In this document: positions 55,253-64,000 of the stretch, piece by piece | Layout: each line of letters begins with the position of its first letter | Numbering within the stretch: the first letter of the stretch is position 1 | Source: the human T2T-CHM13v2.0 reference genome, Homo sapiens | Assembly: GCF_009914755.1 (NCBI RefSeq) | Contig: NC_060941.1 | Direction: 5' to 3' (one strand) | Length of the DNA: 64,000 nucleotides | Made by a program: the position numbers and the translations under genes | Notes under the pieces: model-generated | What the model was told of the DNA's origin: nothing | What the model saw: only the letters and a program-made list of their open reading frames with translations | The model's database searches: none

Positions 55253-55425
55253 AAACCCTTGCTTTAGAGAAACAGTAAAACATGAATAAGTGGTGAATTC
55301 TGAATAGTTCATACTAGGTCACTACATTACATATTTTCCTCAAGCCCTCCAGAAAAATCCCCTATAATACTAACTTCAGACGTAAAGAATCAGCTGTTTA
55401 AAATGCCATAGCTGTGCATAGTGCC

Positions 55426-55490
55426 TGTATTAGTTTGTTTTCATGCTGCTCATAAAGATTACCTGGGACTGGATAATTTGTCTGTGTGTG

Positions 55491-55521
<31 letters not shown>

Positions 55522-56322
55522 ATAAATATATAAATATATATATTTAAAAATATGTATATATAAATATATAAATATATATGTATGTATAAATATTTATATA
55601 TTAAAATATATAATATATTTATTAAAATATATAAATATAAATATATAATATATTAATATGTAAATATATTTATTAATCCATATAAATATATTTATTAATC
55701 TATATAAATATATTTATTAATCTATAAATATATTTATTAATCTATATAAATATATTTATTAATCTATAAATATATTTATTAATCTATATATATATTTATT
55801 AATCTATATATATTTATTAATCTATAAATATATTTATTAATCTATATAGATATATTTATTAATCTATATAGATATATTTATTAATCTATATAGATATATT
55901 TATTAATATATATTTATTAAAATATATAAATATATTAAAATATATAAATATATTAAAATATATAAATATATTTATTAAAATATATAAAATGTAAATATAT
56001 ATTTAAAATATATATATATATAAAAAGAGGTTTAATATACTCACAGTTCCATGTGGCTAGTGATGCCTCATAATCATAGTGGAAAGCGAAAGGCATGTCT
56101 TACATGGTGGCAGGCAAGAGAGAATGAGAGTCAAGTTAAAGCGGAAACCCCTTATAAAACCATCGGATTTTGTGAGACTTATTCACTACCCCAAGAACAG
56201 TATGGGAGAAACTGTCCCCATGATTCAATTATATCCCAACAGGTCCCTCCCACAACACGTGGGAATTATGGGACCTACAATTTAAGATGAGATTTGGGTG
56301 AAGACACAGCCAAATCGTATTA
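55426..56322 (-). mobile_element. THE1B solo LTR with internal AT-rich expansion
   Basis: TGTATTAGTTTGTTTTCATGCTGCT on the left; AAAAAGAGGTTTAAT...CACAGCCAAATCGTATTA on the right; TSD GTGCC/GTGTC. Confidence 0.88.
55482..56025. repeat. AT-rich tract with a 20-22-bp minisatellite (ATATATTTATTAATCTAT core, about 12-13 copies, 55662-55920)
   Basis: Directly visible tandem units. Confidence 0.92.
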
Positions 56323-56689
56323 GTGTCTCTGGCCATTGGTAAAGTTTGGGTTTTTGTGTTAATGTCACCTTGCTGTCTGGGAGGTGGGAGTGGGAGTTGA
56401 TGTGTCTAATCATTTTTCATTCATTTGCACTCTGGTCCATTGGGAATATCTCTGCTATCCCGTCTGTCACTATGTGCTATAGCTCTTTACCTGTTGTTCT
56501 CTCTCCCTGCCTGATTCCTTGAAGCTGAAAGCCATATGGTACTCTCTGCATCTCTGACTGCTCTCAGAAGACAAAACACATGGAAAGTACTCATTATATA
56601 TTGAATGAATCAAAACTACATGCACATTCCCCTGTTGCTCCTTCTCTTAGCCTTTTGTGAGTCTTCATGAAGACTTTCAGTAATCAGAA

Positions 56690-56900
56690 AATAACAAATA
56701 CTATTTATTGAGAGCTTATTATAAATCAGGCTGTTGTAAGTTCTTTATTTTACCAACTTAGTCCCTGAAATGTTTTTATGAGATAGATAGCTGAGGAAAC
56801 AGATGGTCACAGATGAAAGTGCTGGCTTTTCATCACATGACTACTAGTGAAGGAACCAGAACTGAGACCAGATACCTTCTCTTAACTCCCAAGCTGAAGT
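56690..56900 (-). mobile_element. MIR fragment
   Basis: TATTTATTGAGAGCTTATT; TAGCTGAGGAAACAGA; CATCACATGACTACTAGTG. Confidence 0.65.
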
Positions 56901-57333
56901 GCTTCCCTGGAGAGCCTTGTCTAGGTCAGCATTGCATCCAGTCACATTCTTAAAACTTTACGGAGAGAGAATGTTTTAGAATAAAACCTGAAGTCATTTT
57001 TATAGTCGACTTTCTCTTCCTGAGTGTATAGTGTTCTCCTGAGAAAGCAGGCCCTCCATGGTAGAACAAGGAAAATGACATATAATTCACATTTCATAGA
57101 GTGAGTCATAAATTGAATCATTGGATCATCTAGTCCCATTGCATCAATGTAGAGAAAGATGAAATGATTTCTCTGAGGTCATGTGGTCAGAGGGTAATAT
57201 ATCTGGAATGAGGATCCATCAGTTCTAATTTGAAGTCTAGCACTTGCCATACAGCACTGGCATCTCTTACTGGACAATGCCAAGCCTTTTGTGTCTGTGA
57301 CTTGGGCAGAATTTGGGTTAAAAATGGAAAAAC

Positions 57334-57669
<336 letters not shown>

Positions 57670-59496
57670 TCAAAAGGAGCCTTTACATCATCCCTCAAGG
57701 TGGTTTCTCCTTCTTCCCCAAAATGTGGTTCTTAGTTTTTTCTTTTGGGAGCGGGGAGCTTTTCATTTAAACAGGGGTATCCGTGGAAGACAATACAGTC
57801 ATGGGTTCTCTGTTTCTGTTTGGGTCAGTAAAGCCCCTTCCTGATCCCTCTTTTTCACTTATCACTAGAGACAGAAAGTAAGGAACATGGGCTTCAGGCT
57901 GCTGAAAGCCTAAAACAAAACAAAACAGAACAACAACGATAACAACAAAATAAGGTGGGCTGGACAAGCTTAGAACTTTAGAACATAGTTTCAGAGGTTA
58001 AGTACACAAGCGCCCTAGCCATGAGCCTAAACAGTATTGGTCCAGAGAGGAAACTGCCAAGAATAGGATCCGGGAGGGCCCCCATATCTCCGCCAGTAAG
58101 GCAAGAAATGGGAAGATGTGGTCCTCTTTTGGGTAAATCAGCAAGGGGAATGAGGAAAGCTTCCAGTATCTTTACTGGGACACCAACATGGTGCTCTGGC
58201 CCGGCAGGCACAGTCAGGGAACATCGTGAGATGGGGGCTTCATTCCATCCCAGACCATCCCAGGATTCAAAACATATTCAGAGATTGTATCTTTGACTTT
58301 CCTAACTAATTGCCGTCCCCTCTTTTTAAAAAAGCAACAGCCACACAAAGACAACTTCAGAGACAGAGACTGCTAACTAGAAAACATAGACTTAAAAACC
58401 AACAGTGAGATGGGAGAGAGAAAGAGGCTGCTTCAGGGAATAAGTAAAAAAAAAAAAAAAAAAGCCATGATTCCTCGCCATTAAAAAAAAATAGAAAACA
58501 TTAAACACACATATGCCCTTTAAAGAGCTAAAATGATCGGAGTGCATTTATTTTCTCAGTTTTATTTAGCCAGGTTGGAAAACAAAACCCGGAAATTAAT
58601 GCCAAGATAACAGAGATGAGGGTAGAACTTTTGTCTCTAATAATTATCTTACTATCTGTCCATCTTAGATCAACAAACATGCTATGATTGACAGTTGAAA
58701 ATGTTTAGATTAGTCTGAGCTCACATAAACCATTTGAAGTTTTCTAGGACGGGAGAATGTTATAAAGCAAACAAATAATCTCCTTTCCATCTTCCCACTT
58801 TCAAACCTTCTTACCACCTGCCCTCCAAGTCTTTTTCTTTGGAAGTCCATTCACACAACTGGTGGACACAAGCTTTGGGTGAGACCTAACAAATTACTGC
58901 ATTCTTCTAAATGAAAAAAGAGACAATGCTCAGGAAATTTAATTATCTTCAGTATATACGGCAGAAGAAAAAAATAATTCTGATAACTATCACTTTCACT
59001 CCCTTGCTTCCTCTTACAAATTCTGAGTCTCCCAGAGGTCTTGACCCTCTGTTGTGAAGAATCATCATGGTAATGAACAAGGAGATAATTGAGATCTGCT
59101 GGGTGAATTCACAGTGGGGACAGAAGAGAATCACTGGTAAAGAAAAACAGACTCCATCTGGATGGTCAGAGGGAGGCAGAGGAGGAAAAAAAAAATAGAA
59201 GAGCTTTAAGGAGAATTTGTTTTTTGGAGATGTGAGAGAGGTTTTTGTTGGTGAGTCAAATATCTCCAAGGAGTGAGAGTGGGAGATTTTAGAAAATCGT
59301 GGACTATGTAGTAAGTGAATGAAACATATCCATTTTAAATAGATATCAATAAAGATTAAATGTCTTTTCCATGAATGTCAGTTTCAGATTGATGTTTATT
59401 TGAATGTGGCACTGTGGAGAAACAGAATAGGAAGTACCTGGGTTTGTGTGGATGACAAATATTTAATGACCTACTTCAAATGATCACTTGGTTTAC

Positions 59497-59915
59497 TCTC
59501 TTAGGCTGTTCTCGCATTGCTATAAAGAAATACCCGAGACTCGGTCATTTATAAGAAAAGAGGTTTAATTAGCTCACAGTTCTGCAGGATTTACAGGAAG
59601 CATGGCCCCGGGATCTAAGCATGCTTGGCTTCTAAGGAGGCCTCAGGAAGTTGACAATCATGGTGAAAGGCAAAGGGGGAATAGGCACATCACATGCTGA
59701 AAGCAGGTGCAAGTGAGAGAAACTGAGGAGCGGGGAGGTGCCACACACTTTTAAATGACCAGATCTCGTGAGAACTCATTATCATGAAGACAGCATCAAG
59801 CCATGAGAGATCTGATCCCATGATCAAAACACCCCCCCACCAGGCCCCACCTCCAGCACTGGGGATTACAATTCTACTTGAGATTTGGCCAGGGACAAAT
59901 ATCCAAACAATGTTA
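59497..59915 (-). mobile_element. MSTA-like MaLR solo LTR
   Basis: GCATTGCTATAAAGAAATACCCGAGACT; CACCAGGCCCCACCTCCAGCACTGGGGATTACAATT; ATCCAAAC. Confidence 0.88.
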
Positions 59916-60086
59916 TTTATTTGTGCACTGTCCCTAACCCTCAACAACACCCTTTTGTGAGGAAAAAAATAAAATGCATTGTGGAAATGATTAAAAAGGG
60001 ACTAGATGAAGACTACTGTCAAATAATCTAAAAGATTAAGTGTGGGGGGTAGTCATATAATAGGTAAAAACATTGGCATAGCAGCA

Positions 60087-60401
<315 letters not shown>

Positions 60402-60454
60402 TTAAACTTAGGTCCTAGAGTTTATGACTGCTAGAAAATGTGAAGTAATAACCA

Positions 60455-61196
<742 letters not shown>

Positions 61197-61444
61197 AAAA
61201 GTTTTATTTTTTAGTGTATTCCAAAATGGGATAAGAATGTCAGCTTCACAGAACTGTTGTGAAATAATTTAAAATAATGAAAAGTGCTCGGCTTTTTAGT
61301 AATTAATTACTGTGAGTAAGGAAATAGTATTTTTCTTGCCACAGTGCTGATTTGTCAAGAGATGTGTGCTGACTTCCAAGTCAAATCACACAACAGGCTG
61401 TAGTTCAGTCTACCTAGAGGCAAAAAACCACTATAATGATGAAC

Positions 61445-61850
61445 ACAGATTCAAACCCCAATTAGGAGATATTACTCAACATCTCCTAGATGTTGGAATA
61501 GCTTACTCAACATCTCTAAGTCTCTCCTTTGTAATCTGTCAAATGGGGATAAAAATATCTATCCCTTGAGATTATTGTGAAGTTTAAATAAAACACTGGG
61601 AATAATGGAAAAAATATATAATAGTTCAAATGTACTAAATGCTCACCTTGTGTGGGGCACAGCATAAAGCCATTTCCCTCATAAGACTACAAAGTAATAT
61701 TATCATACCCATTTTTCAGATGATGAGACTACAGTCTAAATCACATAGCATTGGGTCCATAACTAGTGAATTATGGAGGCAGGATTTGAATCCAGGAGCC
61801 TGAAGACAGAGTCTGAGCTGCTGACTGCCAAATTCTTAACCCCCTCATTG
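61445..61850. mobile_element. Two MIR fragments (+ at 61445-61600, - at 61620-61850)
   Basis: ATCTGTCAAATGGGGATAA; CCCATTTTTCAGATGATGAGACT...CAGGATTTGAATCCAGG. Confidence 0.72.
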
Positions 61851-62065
61851 CTACACCTGGCACAAAATTAAAGCTCAATTAATGGCAGAAGCTGTTACTG
61901 CTGTTGATATTATTATGCCACTCAGAAGAAGAAACTCTTTTCAAAGGTGACAAAGCACACATTTAAAATAGTAAGGCTGACAGTTACAGACAGATACACC
62001 CATCATCGGGGTTGAACAAAGAAAAGATCTGCTCGCCAGACCCCAGTTTGCAATAGTTAAAAAAT

Positions 62066-62085
62066 TGAGTCACACGTGTGAGTCA
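62066..62085. promoter_or_regulatory. Contiguous AP-1 / E-box / AP-1 composite motif
   Basis: TGAGTCA-CACGTG-TGAGTCA, three perfect consensus sites with no spacer; function not shown. Confidence 0.45.
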
Positions 62086-62692
62086 TGAATAAAATCCAGG
62101 GAAGACACACAGCCTCACTCTATCTAGTCCCCGATATTCTAAAATTGGGACTACCAAGACCTAGAAAAATGTTTTGTGAGTCTTCTTTTAATGTAGACTA
62201 TGTCTTGTTTTTCTCAACACCCCAAAAGACATTTAAGGAGAGTATTGTCAGCAGCCTCAGCCCTTCTCCCTGAAGTGTGAAATAAAAGTAACACAAACAA
62301 GCAGCTATATTTCCTCCAATCCCTGGGCTTTCTCTCTACCCCACGCAACATCACGACACACACATGTATTTGCTGCCTGTCTTCCTTTTCATGGCTCAAG
62401 TCAGTTTGCACAGATGGTTTTCGAATTGACTTCTTTTAAAATAACTTATATTACAAAGTTGGTTTTCTGCTCCTGCCAGCCTTAACCAGAACTGCTTCCG
62501 TGTGCCTCCTTAGAAACTCCCATCCCAAGCAGATCTTTCTACCTTCCACTCATGCACATGTGCACACACACACCCACACCCACACACACACACGTTTATT
62601 CTAGTAAACTCCTACTCCTGCAGGAAATCATGAAGAACCCATATTTTGACATTTATACAGAAGTATCACCCCAGTATTTTAAAAGTTCTGTT

Positions 62693-62992
62693 TCACAACT
62701 GTAAGCCTAGCACTCTAGAGGGCTGAGGTGAGAGGAACACTTGAGGCCAGGAGTTCGAGACCAGCCTGAGCAATGTATGTAGCAAGACCCAGTCTCTATG
62801 AAATAAATAAATAAATAAAAATTAGTAAGCATGGTGGCACACACCTGTAGTTCCAGCTACTCAGGAGACTGAGGTGGAAGGATCACTTGAGCCCAGGAGT
62901 TCGAGGATGCAGTGAGCTATGATCGCGCCACTGCATTCCAGCCTGGGTAACAGAGTGAGACCCTGTCTCAAAAAATAATAATAATAATAATA
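62693..62992 (+). mobile_element. AluJ (Jo/Jr-like), slightly 5'-truncated
   Basis: CTTGAGGCCAGGAGTTCGAGACC; GATCACTTGAGCCCAGGAGTTCGAGG..GCAGTGAGCTATGATCGCGCC; (AAT)n tail. Confidence 0.9.
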
Positions 62993-64000
62993 ATTCTCAG
63001 TTTCCCTAAAAGGTAGAGAATAAGAACTCCTTATAGGCAAAGTTTATATTGTGGCAATGCCCTACAGTATATAAGTAAATCTTGTGTCATATAATAAGTT
63101 TTCAAATAAAAACAATTGATGTGGGTAGTAGTAATAGAAGAGAAAGTTTTGAGATAGAACAGAGTATTATGGGCGGGTGCTTATACCTCTTAGGAGAGTA
63201 TTCTGCTGCACAGAAAGATCCCTAGAACTGCTTAGCCCATTTTATACTGGGTTTTCCAGTCTCAGTTGGTGACTAGACTAATAAAGATTGAATTCATTTT
63301 AGCTAGTACTTATTAAGCATATTATTGTCACACACCTACATATATGCATGCTCCCATCTCAGGGAACAATTGTCTTTGAAAATGCTCAACTTCTAATCAG
63401 AGTTCAGGAAGGGAACGGAAACTCCATTTTTATTCTCTTTCTTGTAGTCCAATAAGCTTATCCTGGTAAATAAATATCCCTGCTACAACCAGAAAGCAAG
63501 CTTTTGGTTTTCAATTTAGCTTCATCCATCTCCATGTTCTTAACTATGAGGAGAACGACAGAAGCTATAGGATTCTCAGGTCTACTGCAAACTCAAAGCA
63601 TTTTAGGATGCGACAGACTTCGAGAGAGAACGCTACGGATGCCTGGATTGGACTTCATGCTCAAGACGCTGTTAGGAGGCCGTTCAGAGCCACTGAATTC
63701 AATCACCATGAGCACTCCACTCTCTCTTGTATTCACTTTCAGATACATGCACTGATTTTTGTTTCATGTCAGTTTCCGCTCTTACATTTATCTTGCAAAC
63801 TAACCATTGCTAGTCTCTCCTCCCATGCAACTTTTCCAAGTGTTTGTAGGCAAATTAATAAAGACTTCGCCAGTTACCAAGGCAATTGCAATGAGGGCTC
63901 CTCAATGTGGTACCTTTATTCCAATAAGATTTTCTGTCTCCAAGGTGGAATTCCTGCCAAATTTCTCTTTTCCCCTCATTTCCCTCCTATTTGAGTAAGG

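Noticed and set aside
55662-55920. Regularly spaced repeats superficially like a CRISPR array
   Set aside because: No unique spacers, pure AT minisatellite, eukaryotic context, no cas genes
63608-63994. DAWIGLH motif resembling the C-type lectin WIGL motif
   Set aside because: The surrounding Cys/Trp pattern (WND, EPN/QPD, disulfide spacing) of a C-type lectin domain is absent

Overview
Primate (human-like) euchromatic DNA: AT-rich, CpG-depleted and dense in interspersed repeats. It holds about 17 Alus (J, S and Y families), L1/L2/MIR fragments and about 12 solo LTRs (MaLR THE1/MST/MLT1, ERV1 MER66, ERVL LTR33-like). It also holds hAT MITEs (MER58B, MER63A, MER94, MER103, MER5, MER20, MER53) and a full-length, dead Tigger1 carrying a piggyBac MITE and two Alus. 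I find no recognisable protein-coding exon, tRNA, rRNA, snRNA or CpG island; nearly all listed ORFs are repeat-derived or chance. LTR orientation is roughly balanced (7 plus, 5 minus), which fits intergenic or lncRNA DNA better than a protein-coding intron. Repeat-free stretches (about 6.1-8.3, 14.3-15.2, 24-25.5, 30.3-31.1, 36.5-37.4, 47-50.7, 57.7-59.5 and 62-64 kb) contain candidate enhancer motif clusters and candidate small exons, which I report as hypotheses only. I cannot identify the locus and did not find a convincing new biological system. Repeat names come from recalled consensus sequences, so subfamily calls and boundaries are approximate.
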